A DNA stretch of 64,000 bases from Acidobacteriota bacterium (lineage in GTDB: Bacteria > Acidobacteriota > JBCCFW01): assembly GCA_039029535.1 (NCBI GenBank), contig JBCCFW010000003.1, forward strand, positions 10,073-74,072. Reading direction: 5' to 3'. Below the pieces are notes generated by a model, which was not told the origin of the DNA, ran no database searches, and saw only the letters and a program-made list of their open reading frames with translations. Positions 1-8,747 of the stretch are shown piece after piece; the stretch's first letter is position 1, and the number at the start of each line of letters is the position of its first letter. The position numbers and the translations under genes are program-made.

Positions 1-450
1 TGCGCCGAGCGAGTCGGCGAGGCCGCCGGCATGCTCGGCGATCGACGACGGCACGACGAGCGGATGCACGAGCTGTTGTCGCCGCTGCTTCCCGAGGCCA
101 AGCGTCGAGAGCTCACGCCCCGGGCCCCGGCCCCGTCGACGCCGATGCGGCTGGTCGAGCTCTCGGAGCCGCTGGCCCGCTTCAACGCGGTGCTCCGAGG
201 AGTGGTCGAGGGTCGCACGCCGTCGAGTCAGGAAGTGACGCGCGTGAGCGACGATCTCACCGACCCGAGCCTACGCTCGCAGGCGAAAGAGCTCTTCCGG
301 GCTTGGTGGCTCGACCGCGACGCACCGCTGCTCGATCGACTCGGCTCGACCGTGCAATCGACCTGGCGCGGTCAGGGTTTCGACGACCTGCTGACGACGC
401 TCGGCATCGAGCAGAAGCCGGTTGTTGCCCTCGCACAGGCTTCGAGCTGA
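1..450 (+). CDS. hypothetical protein, probably 5'-truncated by the window edge
   Basis: The frame is open from nt 1 (CAERVGEAAG precedes the first Met at 31). The stop at 448-450 abuts the convergent moaB stop. No recognisable motifs. Confidence 0.4.
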   Translation, partial: CAERVGEAAGMLGDRRRHDERMHELLSPLLPEAKRRELTPRAPAPSTPMRLVELSEPLARFNAVLRGVVEGRTPSSQEVTRVSDDLTDPSLRSQAKELFRAWWLDRDAPLLDRLGSTVQSTWRGQGFDDLLTTLGIEQKPVVALAQASS

Positions 451-972
451 TCAGCGCTCATCCAGGCGGGGCATGAGCTCCGCCAGGTTGCAGGGCCGCG
501 TCCGGATGTCGAGCTGGGCCGAGATGATCTTCTCCCAGCCCGTGCGACAGGCACCGGTGGAACCGGGCAAGCAGAACACGTAGGTGCGGTTGGCGACTCC
601 CGCCAGGCACCGGCTCTGCAAGGTCGAGGTGCCGATCTCCTCGTAAGACAAGGTGCGGAAGACCTCGCCAAAGCCCTCGATGATCTTGTCGAGCAAGGGC
701 GTGACCGCCTCCGGCGTGCCGTCGCGACCGGTCACCCCAGTGCCACCGGTGGTGAGCACTGCTTGCACGGAGGAGTCTGCGATCCAGGCCGAGAGAACCG
801 CCCGGATGTCGTAGACGTCGTCGCGCACGATGCGCTTCTCCGCCAGCACGTGACCTGCTTCGGTCAGCTTCTCGACGAGCAGGCTGCCCGATCGGTCATC
901 GTCCTCAGTGCGGGTGTCCGACACCGTCAGCACGGCGATCCGCAGGGGCAAGAGCTCGCGTTCTTCACTCAT
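451..972 (-). CDS. moaB: molybdenum cofactor biosynthesis protein B (MoaB/MogA family)
   Basis: 173 aa. Family-typical motifs: IAVLTVSDTR, TTGGTGVTGRDGTPEA, and a C-terminal LPGSTGA-type segment. Confidence 0.85.
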   Translation of the reverse strand: MSEERELLPLRIAVLTVSDTRTEDDDRSGSLLVEKLTEAGHVLAEKRIVRDDVYDIRAVLSAWIADSSVQAVLTTGGTGVTGRDGTPEAVTPLLDKIIEGFGEVFRTLSYEEIGTSTLQSRCLAGVANRTYVFCLPGSTGACRTGWEKIISAQLDIRTRPCNLAELMPRLDER

Positions 973-1834
973 CGTCGACTCCGTCTCGTTCCGGGGCCCC
1001 CTGCGGCTCTGCCCCTTCCTCTCGTGAGCTCAGGTCGGTGCTCGGCTCGACCCGCGGCCGTCTCCTGTCCACCCAGTGCCGCAGGTCGATGACCAGCGTT
1101 CCGCTGATGCGATCGTGTGCGGCCTGCCGGTTCGGATCCCAGCAGAGCTCCAGGAAGCCGAGCCCCAGGGTCGACGCGCTGGCGGAGTAGCCACCCGCTC
1201 GACCGAAGCAGTCCCACAGGGAGAGTCGCTGGCCGTCCGCACGCCGGACCGCGATGCGGCAGGTCAGCTTGCCCGGCGTGCGCCCACGGAGCAACCACGG
1301 CCAGAGAGTGAACCAGCCGAGGAAGAACGGTCCCACGCCCAGGAGGACCTGCCACCTGCCGAGCACGAGGTCCTGGCGGATGACGACCCTTCCCGTCTCG
1401 GCATCCCAGCTCGTCTCCCCGCCCCCCAGCTCGAAGCCGATCTCCAGCGACCAGTCGAGCTCGTCAATCCGACGGAGAAGCTCCTCTCGAGAGCCTTCCT
1501 CGACGATCCGCTTCACTTCGGCCGGAACGATCGCCGGCCTGCGCTCGATGAGCAGCAGGATCATCGACTCGCCGAACTGCCGGAAGAGCCTCCGTCTCTC
1601 CGCCTCGTCGACGGCCTCGTCCGCGTCGCGCAGGTAGCCGATGGCCCCCGGAGCCGACAGCTCCAGGGAGATGGCCGTTGCTGCAACGAGCAGCGGCGTT
1701 CCGACCAGGACGAAGAGGAGCAAGTCGATGACGAAGGCCGTGAGCCGACGAGGTGGCGAGGCGAGAACCTGATCGAGCAACTCGTCCGCGACGAGACGAG
1801 GCTCGTTGGTCACGAGCCGGAAGCGATCGCTCAC
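965..1834 (-). CDS. RDD family membrane protein
   Basis: RLTAFVIDLLLF, GRTPGKLTCRIAVRRADG and HDRISGTLVID match the R/D/D signature regions. Has TM segments. Overlaps the moaB start by 8 nt. Confidence 0.7.
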   Translation of the reverse strand: MSDRFRLVTNEPRLVADELLDQVLASPPRRLTAFVIDLLLFVLVGTPLLVAATAISLELSAPGAIGYLRDADEAVDEAERRRLFRQFGESMILLLIERRPAIVPAEVKRIVEEGSREELLRRIDELDWSLEIGFELGGGETSWDAETGRVVIRQDLVLGRWQVLLGVGPFFLGWFTLWPWLLRGRTPGKLTCRIAVRRADGQRLSLWDCFGRAGGYSASASTLGLGFLELCWDPNRQAAHDRISGTLVIDLRHWVDRRRPRVEPSTDLSSREEGAEPQGAPERDGVDDE

Positions 1835-2679
1835 GATGTCTCGCCCTCACCCGGCACGTCGTCCTCGTGCTTGCCGCCTCGGATCCCGAAGCGGTCGATG
1901 ACCAGCCGAGTGAGCCAGGGGAAGTGACGCACCAGGAACACGACGAGCTTGCCGTGGAGGGTGACGACCTCCTCGGCCTTGGCCGAGGCGATCGCGCGCA
2001 ACATCTTCCGCGCCGCGACGTCGCTGTCCATGACCAGCCAGTCGGGCACGGGGTCGCGTTGCTCCTCCCGGAGCTGGCCCTGGTTGTCGACCTGCCGGAT
2101 CTCGCTGGCGACGAAGCCCGGCGAGATCAGGGTCACCCGCACGCCGCGAGGTGCCAGCTCGACACGGAGCGACTCGGCCAGGCTCTTCATCGCATGCTTG
2201 CTCATGGAGTAGGGCGACGTCCCCGGCAGGCTCACGTGCCCCTTGACGCTCCCCATGATCGCGACCTGCCCACGGCTCTCTTCCAGAGCCGGCAAGCTCT
2301 CCTGGATCGTCCGAATGACGCCGAAGAGGTTGGTCTCCATCTGCCGTCGGTAGTCGTCGAGGCTCAGCTCCCTGAGCTCACCCGCCACCCCGAAGCCCGC
2401 GTTGGCCACCACCACTCCGAGGGAGCCCAGCTCGTCCACGGTGCGTGCGACCGCCGCTGCCACGTCGCCGTCGCGGGTCACGTCGGCGGCCAACGCGAGG
2501 GCCCGGACGCCGTGCTCCTCCTCGATGGAGGCCGCGAGCCCCTCGAGACGATCGAGCCGACGCGCGGTGAGGACGACGGGCGCACCGGCCGCCGCGAAGG
2601 CACGCGCGAGCGCGGCCCCGATGCCGGAGGAGGCGCCGGTGATGAGACAGGGTCGTCCGAGGAAGGCCGTCGTGGTCAC
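1831..2679 (-). CDS. short-chain dehydrogenase/reductase (SDR)
   Basis: TGASSGIGAALARAF Rossmann motif and a YSMSK catalytic motif. The GTG at 2677-2679 overlaps the upstream stop (GTGA) and places the start about 12 aa before the TGxxxGIG motif. The longer ORF to 2769 would run antisense-free but overlaps the DUF1624 gene. Confidence 0.8.
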   Translation of the reverse strand: MTTTAFLGRPCLITGASSGIGAALARAFAAAGAPVVLTARRLDRLEGLAASIEEEHGVRALALAADVTRDGDVAAAVARTVDELGSLGVVVANAGFGVAGELRELSLDDYRRQMETNLFGVIRTIQESLPALEESRGQVAIMGSVKGHVSLPGTSPYSMSKHAMKSLAESLRVELAPRGVRVTLISPGFVASEIRQVDNQGQLREEQRDPVPDWLVMDSDVAARKMLRAIASAKAEEVVTLHGKLVVFLVRHFPWLTRLVIDRFGIRGGKHEDDVPGEGETS

Positions 2680-3863
2680 AGGTAGCGGATCCACCACTCG
2701 CGTCGGCGCTGCTTCACGCCCTCGAACCAGCGGCACGCCGGCCACAGGAGGAGGACGATGACCACCCACGCGACGTACACGATCACGAGGCTCGGCTCGA
2801 AGCTCTCCGGCAGCGGCTGGAACATCCCGCGGATCCAGCGGAACGTGTCGTGACGCAGGAAGAACCAGGTCGCCGCGAGGAGATTGATGACCGGCAGGTG
2901 GAGCAAGTAATAGAAGAGCGGGACGCGACCGAAGGTGAGCAGCACGCGCAGCGGACCCACCCCCCAGCGCTCCAGGGCGCTCAGCGCGAGCAACGCAGGC
3001 CCCAGGGTCATGAGCGTGTAGAGCAGCGAGGGCGGGTACTTCTCGGTGTTGAGGAACGAGATGATCCCGGCGACCATGCCATCGGCCGCGCTCCAGGGTC
3101 GGGGGTCACCGTAGACGTCGAGCGCCCGGAGCAGGATGAACGCCGCCGTCGCTCCGAGCCCGAGCCGGAAGCAGGTGCGGGCTCGTGCCGCCGGCTCGCC
3201 GAGCATGACCCGGCCGAAGCACCAGCCCAGGAGCAGCACGCCGATCCAGGGCAGGGCCGGATAGGCGACGTAGAGATAGCTCGGTCCCACCCGGAAGGCG
3301 CCGTCGGCGTGGACGAACATCCATGCGACCTGACCCAGGGTCGGCTGCGCGTTGCCGAGCTCCGCGATGGCCGTCTCGATGGGCAGGCGGTCGAGGAGGT
3401 TGTGCCCGAGCACGATGATCGCACCGAGCCCGAGCACGGCCTTCCAGGGCAAGCGGTGGATCATCGCCAGCACGACCAGCGCCACGCCGATGGCCCAGAA
3501 CACCTGGAAGATGACCAAGGTGATGAGCGGGAACCAGGTCAGCCAGCCCATGTCGACCAGGGTGATCTCGAGCAGGACGATCCACAGCCCGCGCGTCCAC
3601 AGGAAGCGCGTGAGGGCCGCCGGTTCCATCTTCTGGCCGAGCAGGTAGGCGCCGGTGCCCGCGAGGAAGACGAAGACCGGCGCGCAGAAGTGCGTGACGA
3701 AGCGGGTGGCGAAGAGCGCCGGCCCGACTCCCGGGACGTTCTCCGGGAGCTGGTTCATCGGCATGAAGAAATCGCGCACGTGGTCGAGGGCCATCAAGAC
3801 CATGACCACGCCCCGCAGGACGTCGATCGACTCCAGCCGCTGAGAGGTCTCGGGAGCCGACAC
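2676..3863 (-). CDS. DUF1624 / heparan-alpha-glucosaminide N-acetyltransferase-like polytopic membrane acyltransferase
   Basis: N-terminal RLESIDVLRGVVMVLMALDHVRDFF motif followed by many TM helices. Confidence 0.6.
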   Translation of the reverse strand: MSAPETSQRLESIDVLRGVVMVLMALDHVRDFFMPMNQLPENVPGVGPALFATRFVTHFCAPVFVFLAGTGAYLLGQKMEPAALTRFLWTRGLWIVLLEITLVDMGWLTWFPLITLVIFQVFWAIGVALVVLAMIHRLPWKAVLGLGAIIVLGHNLLDRLPIETAIAELGNAQPTLGQVAWMFVHADGAFRVGPSYLYVAYPALPWIGVLLLGWCFGRVMLGEPAARARTCFRLGLGATAAFILLRALDVYGDPRPWSAADGMVAGIISFLNTEKYPPSLLYTLMTLGPALLALSALERWGVGPLRVLLTFGRVPLFYYLLHLPVINLLAATWFFLRHDTFRWIRGMFQPLPESFEPSLVIVYVAWVVIVLLLWPACRWFEGVKQRRREWWIRYL

Positions 3864-3868
3864 CTTCG

Positions 3869-4531
3869 TCAGTTCCCCTTCACCCCGACGAAGATCTCCA
3901 GGCTCGCCCAGGGCTTGGCGCTGCCGGCGCGGACCTTGTCGAAGCTGTAGAGCCCGCTCTTCAGCGGCAAGGCATCGGAGTGACGCTCGACGTCGGAGGC
4001 GATGAGGGAGGTGGCGAACTTGAGGACCTGGTCGTTGCCGTTGAGCTTGCTGATGTTGCCGACGATGTTGGGCACGGCCTCGAGGATGTCGGCGGCTCCA
4101 CCGGCCACGCTGGCGGCCGAGCCGAGGGCGCCGATGCTCGTCTTGAGCAGGTCGGAGAGGTCCTTGCCCTGAATCTGCGGCATCTCGACCTCGGAGACCT
4201 CCGTGTCGAAGCTCAGGTGCTGGTGCACGGGGCCGTCGTAGAGCACGACGCCGTGGAGGTTCAGCGCCGAGTTGTCGACGACGTAGTAGAAGTTCCCGTC
4301 GTCGCGCTCTCTTCGGATGCGCTTGCCCTTGGCGTCGCTGGTGCTCACCCCGAGCTTGACCTTGAGCTCACTGCGACGACCGGGCTCGGGGAGCTTGCCG
4401 AAGGCGATCTTCACCAGCGTGACCACCACGTGGGTCCCGCTCCCGAGCTCCTCGCTCCCGGAGGGCTGGCGGACGCGAATCGAACCGGCGAACTTGGCGG
4501 TCTGGCTGGGCACGTCATCCTCCTTCGGCAA
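3869..4531 (-). CDS. hypothetical beta-rich protein with a central Gly/Ala-rich hydrophobic segment
   Basis: 220 aa with plausible coding composition, lying 5 nt upstream of the DUF1624 gene. No family recognised. Confidence 0.5.
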   Translation of the reverse strand: MPKEDDVPSQTAKFAGSIRVRQPSGSEELGSGTHVVVTLVKIAFGKLPEPGRRSELKVKLGVSTSDAKGKRIRRERDDGNFYYVVDNSALNLHGVVLYDGPVHQHLSFDTEVSEVEMPQIQGKDLSDLLKTSIGALGSAASVAGGAADILEAVPNIVGNISKLNGNDQVLKFATSLIASDVERHSDALPLKSGLYSFDKVRAGSAKPWASLEIFVGVKGN

Positions 4532-5279
4532 CGTCGCGACGGCGACGATCTCCCCCCGTCGCCGACCGCAAGCGTGACAGCATGCGGGTCAGGTCGTGCA
4601 GGTAGGGTGCACCGATGCTGACCAAGACCCCCGTCAGGAGGCAAGCCAGGAGCTCCCGAAAGCCCGGACCGTCGCCTTCCTTTCCGATCCAGAAGCCCAC
4701 TCCGAGCCCGGCACCGGCGATGTCCTTCGCGAGGGCGCGGACGTCGGTGTTCTCATCCAGCTCGTCCTTCAGCGCGGCCTGGAAGCGAGGGTCCTCCAGC
4801 AGGCTCGCGACGAGCTCGGGCTGCACCGACAGGCGCTCCCAGATCTCGAAGGCGTTGATGTTGAAGAGGAAGCAGACGAGCAGGCCCCAGACCAGCGCCA
4901 CCCGCTTGTTCCGCTGGGCGAAGCCGTCCTCCACCTCGCGCTGCACCCGCTGAATGCCGGCCTGGAGCCGCTCCCGGTTGCGAGGCAGGGCCGAGCCCGC
5001 CAGCTCGTGGTCGAGCCCCTGGAGCAGCTCCTCGAGAAAGCTCTCGGTCAGGTCCTCGGGTCGCAGCGTTCGGAGGTCGTGCCCGGCGTCGGTGAGCTTG
5101 CGCACCACCTCGTCGGCCGAGTCGTCGGAGCGGAGAGCCAGGGACTTGCTCAGGCTCTCCTCGAGAAGCTCGCCTCGGTGATTCCAGAAGCGCTTGACCG
5201 CCGAGGTCAGGCTCTTGATGAGAAAGCTGATCCCGAGCAGGACGGCGAGGGTCGCCAGGACGCTGTCGATGAGGGGCAT
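4515..5279 (-). CDS. hypothetical membrane protein (N-terminal TM, helical middle, C-terminal TMs)
   Basis: Start chosen at MPLIDSVLATLAVLL (ATG 5277-5279), preceded by a GGGAGGTG Shine-Dalgarno. The longer ORF to 5366 would overlap sfsA. Confidence 0.5.
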   Translation of the reverse strand: MPLIDSVLATLAVLLGISFLIKSLTSAVKRFWNHRGELLEESLSKSLALRSDDSADEVVRKLTDAGHDLRTLRPEDLTESFLEELLQGLDHELAGSALPRNRERLQAGIQRVQREVEDGFAQRNKRVALVWGLLVCFLFNINAFEIWERLSVQPELVASLLEDPRFQAALKDELDENTDVRALAKDIAGAGLGVGFWIGKEGDGPGFRELLACLLTGVLVSIGAPYLHDLTRMLSRLRSATGGDRRRRDVAEGG

Positions 5280-5319
5280 GCAGTCACCTCCCGGGACGGT
5301 CGGCAACCCGACGTCCGAC

Positions 5320-6039
5320 TCAACCCAGGTCCCACGGGAGGGGCTCACCCAGGGTGATGCCGTCACGTCGCGGCCGCGTGGCCTGCACGAGGAGCTCCAC
5401 GCCCGCGTCGACCGCCCGTCTCAAGCCCGCAGCGTAGTCTGGATCGACGTCGGCCGCAGGGGCGAAGCGCGAGCAGTCGCTGCGGTTGACGATCAACAAC
5501 AGCACCGCCCGTCGTCCCGACGCGACGAGCGCGATGAGCTCCTCGAGGTGCCGCAGGCCCCGCGCGGTGACCGCGTCGGGGAAGAGCGCGAGCTCGCCGC
5601 GAGCCAGGGTCACGTTCTTCACCTCGACGAAGCAGGGCTCGGGTCCATCGAGGAAGAAGTCGAGGCGGCTGTCTCCCACCGGCACCTCGCGACGCAGCTC
5701 GGTCCAGCCGGTGAGACCGACCACCTTCCCGGCCCGCAGGCCTTCCTCGACGAGCTCGTTCGCACGGGCGGTGTTCACGCCGACCCAGCTCGTGCCGACG
5801 TGGATGAGCTCGAGGGTCCAGCGCAGCTTGCGCTTCGGGTTGCCGCTGTCGCTCAGCAGGACCCGGTGACCGGGCACCGCCAGCCCGGTCATCCGTCCGG
5901 GGTCGGGACAGTGCGCGGTCAGCTCCGTGCCGTCATCGAGACGCACGTCGGCCAGGAAGCGCTTGTGGCGCTGGACGAGCTCGGCTTCCTGGACGGGTTG
6001 GGGAAAGCGCATGGGAGATCCGAGCAGAGGATCCCCCAT
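5320..6039 (-). CDS. sfsA: sugar fermentation stimulation protein SfsA
   Basis: QRHKRFLADV, HCPDPGRMTG, VEVKNVTL and FPDAVTARG are collinear with E. coli SfsA. Confidence 0.85.
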   Translation of the reverse strand: MGDPLLGSPMRFPQPVQEAELVQRHKRFLADVRLDDGTELTAHCPDPGRMTGLAVPGHRVLLSDSGNPKRKLRWTLELIHVGTSWVGVNTARANELVEEGLRAGKVVGLTGWTELRREVPVGDSRLDFFLDGPEPCFVEVKNVTLARGELALFPDAVTARGLRHLEELIALVASGRRAVLLLIVNRSDCSRFAPAADVDPDYAAGLRRAVDAGVELLVQATRPRRDGITLGEPLPWDLG

Positions 6040-6068
6040 GCGGGACGTTCAGCCCAAGCCCGGGTCGA

Positions 6069-8180
6069 CTACTCGACGACCACGACCAGGGCGTGGGTCA
6101 CCGAGGAGAACTGTCCGACGACCTGCCACGAGATCTCGGCGCTCTCGACCGTGCATCCCGAGGGCAGTGCGAGGTCGGTGATCGAACGCAGGTCTCCCGC
6201 GGAGAGAGGACCGTTGATCAGCGACCCCAGGGCGATCTGGTGCTGGATCTCGTTGTCACAAGTGAGGTCGAGCACCGGTCCGTCGATGGTTTCGGGATAC
6301 CCCGGATCGATCTCGATGACGAGATCGGCCGTGCCTCCTGGCGACGTCGTCTCGGGAACGATGATCGGACAGTCGATGCACGGGATCACTCCGGGCAGGG
6401 GATGCAAGACGGGTTGCGCGACCGCGTTCGGCAGCGTGAGCGCCGGATGGGGACAGGTCGTCGTAGCCTCCGAAGTCCACGGCACGTGGACCTGAGCTCC
6501 GCAGTTCCCCATCACCGGCGGACGGAAGACGCCCTCAGCCGACGCTTCGCGACAGTTGGCACGGGGACCGGCCACGCGTTCCCGGAGCTCGGCCACTTCA
6601 CTCCGATTGGGCGCGATCAGCGGTCCGACCCCGGCCGCCCGCGACGAGCACCGTCGCCGAGCCTCGACTGCCTGAAGCGTCGAGCAGATCGACACCCGGC
6701 GCACGTCGCCCTCACCCACCGCGGCCTGCCGTCCCAGCGCGATGCTCTGCTCGTGGAGGAGGTCCATGATCTCGTCGTTCGACAGGCTCGGCAGCAACCC
6801 CTTGAGCAAGGTGGCCGCCGCACCGGCGACGTAGGTCGAGACCGAGCTGCCGGTCAGGACCCGCGTCGGCGAGGGACGCCCGTCCACCTCGACCTCGGCT
6901 CGACCACTGGCGTCCATCGACCGATCGATGGCCAGGAGGCCCGGCGCGACCAGGCGCGGCTCGCCCCGGACACGTGCGTTGAAGAGCGGTCGATCGGCTT
7001 GATCGACACCGCCGACCGCGTGCAGCAGCGAGGCCACCCGTCCGTCGGGGAGGGCGACCTCGTCGCGATCCCAGCCTCCGGGAAACATCGGTCCGGAGGT
7101 GGCGTGCGGTCCGGCCTCGGCATTGCCGGCACCGGCAATCACCAGGGCCCCATGCCGCACCGCGTGCTCGAGGGCGCGTCGGACTGCCAGCGACGGACCA
7201 TCCAGACCCTGTCCGGGCTCACCACCGTGAATCGGACTCCAACCGACGGCCAGCAGCAGGACGAGATGAGGCTGCGCCTCCGCCCCACCTCGGTCCAGCT
7301 CGTCTCGCCAGGTCCTGACCGCGTCGTAGATCGCGAGGGCGAGGTCCCCTCGACGACCGAAGTGCCCGCCGGTGACGGTGTCCTCTCGGAGCTTGCCTTC
7401 CGAGTCTCGGTACAGGCTCAGCGCGAGATGATGCGAGAGATGGCCGACACAGGGCTGACCGGGCTGCAGCTCACCGGGACAGGTGAGCGTGCGGAGCAGG
7501 CGCCCGAGCGACTCCTCGTGACGTCCACGGCCACGTGAGGCGAGACCGCCGATCTCGGCTCGTGCTCCCGGAAGGTAACCGGTCGGAGAGTCACCGATGG
7601 CCGCCACGCGGACGTCGTCGAAACGGAGACCCGCCAGGTCGGACGTGGCTCCCACGAGGTCCTGGAACCAAGCCGACTGGGACCTGAGCAAGACGACGGA
7701 GGCTTCTGCCGCACCGTCGTCAGGGTTCAAGACCGGCGAGCCGACCGAACGCCAACCCAATCGCGAGCGATCGAGGCGACCGGCCAGTGGCACGACCACC
7801 GGCTCGTCGGGAGCGAGCCAGGCGAGATTCGGCCGGCCCGACTCGTCTGGGAGCGCGCTCGTGTCGGGACGCGCCTCCCCTCGTGGAACCCAGCGGTAGT
7901 GGCAGGTCTCTCGAAGCTCTTCATCGGCAGCGACCTGCTCGGTCGGGAAGAGCTCACGAGCGACCCAACGACCGAACGGCGAGTCCTCGGCTTCGGGACA
8001 GGTCGCTCCCAGGCGCTCACCGATGAAGTGAGTGGCGGAGCCGAGCTCGGAGGCTCGCGACTCCGCGACGGTGAGACCGACCGAGCTCAGCACGAGCGAG
8101 AGCGAGGCTAGACAACGCGCAGTGAAAGAACGTGGTAACTGGAACAAGAGAACCTCCGATGGTGGCGATGCGATCGCCAC
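6069..8180 (-). CDS. secreted subtilisin-like (S8-like) serine peptidase, divergent
   Basis: Candidate catalytic motifs appear in subtilase order: AAIGDSPTG (Asp), GRGRHEESLG (His), AGAGNAEAG (Asn), TGSSVSTYVAGAAA (Ser). Has a hydrophobic N-terminus. GTG start at 8178-8180. Confidence 0.55.
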   Translation of the reverse strand: MAIASPPSEVLLFQLPRSFTARCLASLSLVLSSVGLTVAESRASELGSATHFIGERLGATCPEAEDSPFGRWVARELFPTEQVAADEELRETCHYRWVPRGEARPDTSALPDESGRPNLAWLAPDEPVVVPLAGRLDRSRLGWRSVGSPVLNPDDGAAEASVVLLRSQSAWFQDLVGATSDLAGLRFDDVRVAAIGDSPTGYLPGARAEIGGLASRGRGRHEESLGRLLRTLTCPGELQPGQPCVGHLSHHLALSLYRDSEGKLREDTVTGGHFGRRGDLALAIYDAVRTWRDELDRGGAEAQPHLVLLLAVGWSPIHGGEPGQGLDGPSLAVRRALEHAVRHGALVIAGAGNAEAGPHATSGPMFPGGWDRDEVALPDGRVASLLHAVGGVDQADRPLFNARVRGEPRLVAPGLLAIDRSMDASGRAEVEVDGRPSPTRVLTGSSVSTYVAGAAATLLKGLLPSLSNDEIMDLLHEQSIALGRQAAVGEGDVRRVSICSTLQAVEARRRCSSRAAGVGPLIAPNRSEVAELRERVAGPRANCREASAEGVFRPPVMGNCGAQVHVPWTSEATTTCPHPALTLPNAVAQPVLHPLPGVIPCIDCPIIVPETTSPGGTADLVIEIDPGYPETIDGPVLDLTCDNEIQHQIALGSLINGPLSAGDLRSITDLALPSGCTVESAEISWQVVGQFSSVTHALVVVVE

Positions 8181-8441
8181 GGATGAAGGGAGAACATGGG
8201 CGTTCTCCCGGACGGAGGGCCTTGATCAGAACGAACACGGAGGGCTGGGCACGACGGGAGCCTTCCCGACGTACGAGACTTGGCCGACACGGCGGTGCGC
8301 GCTGTTCGACCGCTGCACCGAGAGCCTGCGCTCCAAGCGGACCTCCCCCCCACGCTGACTCCGACCGGTTCCCTCCAATGCGTTCAGCTACATGGTGCTT
8401 CATGAAGCATGGCGAGGGCGATCACGCCGGTCAAGTCGACG

Positions 8442-8640
8442 TCCTTCCTCGACGAGCTCGTTGGCCCGGACGGTGTTCACGCCGACCCAGCTCGTGCCGA
8501 CGTGGATGAGCTCGAGAGTCCAGCACAGCTTGCGCCTCGGGTTGCCGCTGTCGCTCAGCAAGACGCGGTGGCCGGGCACTGCCAGCGCGGTCAGCTCGGT
8601 GCCGTCTTGGAGGCGAACGTCGGCGAGGAAGCGCCGGATG
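8442..8640 (-). pseudogene. sfsA relic (internal fragment with an in-frame 30-nt deletion)
   Basis: About 90% nucleotide identity by eye to sfsA 5741-5940. Covers only RFLADV...NELVEEG and lacks the HCPDPGRMTG motif and both protein ends. Confidence 0.75.
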
Positions 8641-8747
8641 AGCCGACTTCCCGCGTGGGTGACGACAAACGCAGGAGAGACCCCGGCGATGAGGCTCTCT
8701 CTCAAGTGACCGGTCGACTCAGGGCAAGCCGACCGGCCATCGCTCAC

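Noticed and set aside
3869-4531. The idea that the 220-aa beta-rich protein is a bacterial gasdermin-like pore former serviced by the nearby CHAT/S8 proteases.
   Set aside because: I cannot recognise any gasdermin sequence signature, including an N-terminal Cys. The gene is six genes away from the CHAT gene, and the CHAT and S8 proteins look exported rather than cytosolic. It is kept only as a low-confidence speculation in the orphan-pair finding.
8400-8747. 115-aa ORF that could be annotated as a small SfsA-like protein.
   Set aside because: It covers only an internal third of SfsA, lacks the conserved HCP.TG motif through a 30-nt deletion, and its N- and C-terminal flanks are unrelated sequence. 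It is treated as a pseudogene or relic.
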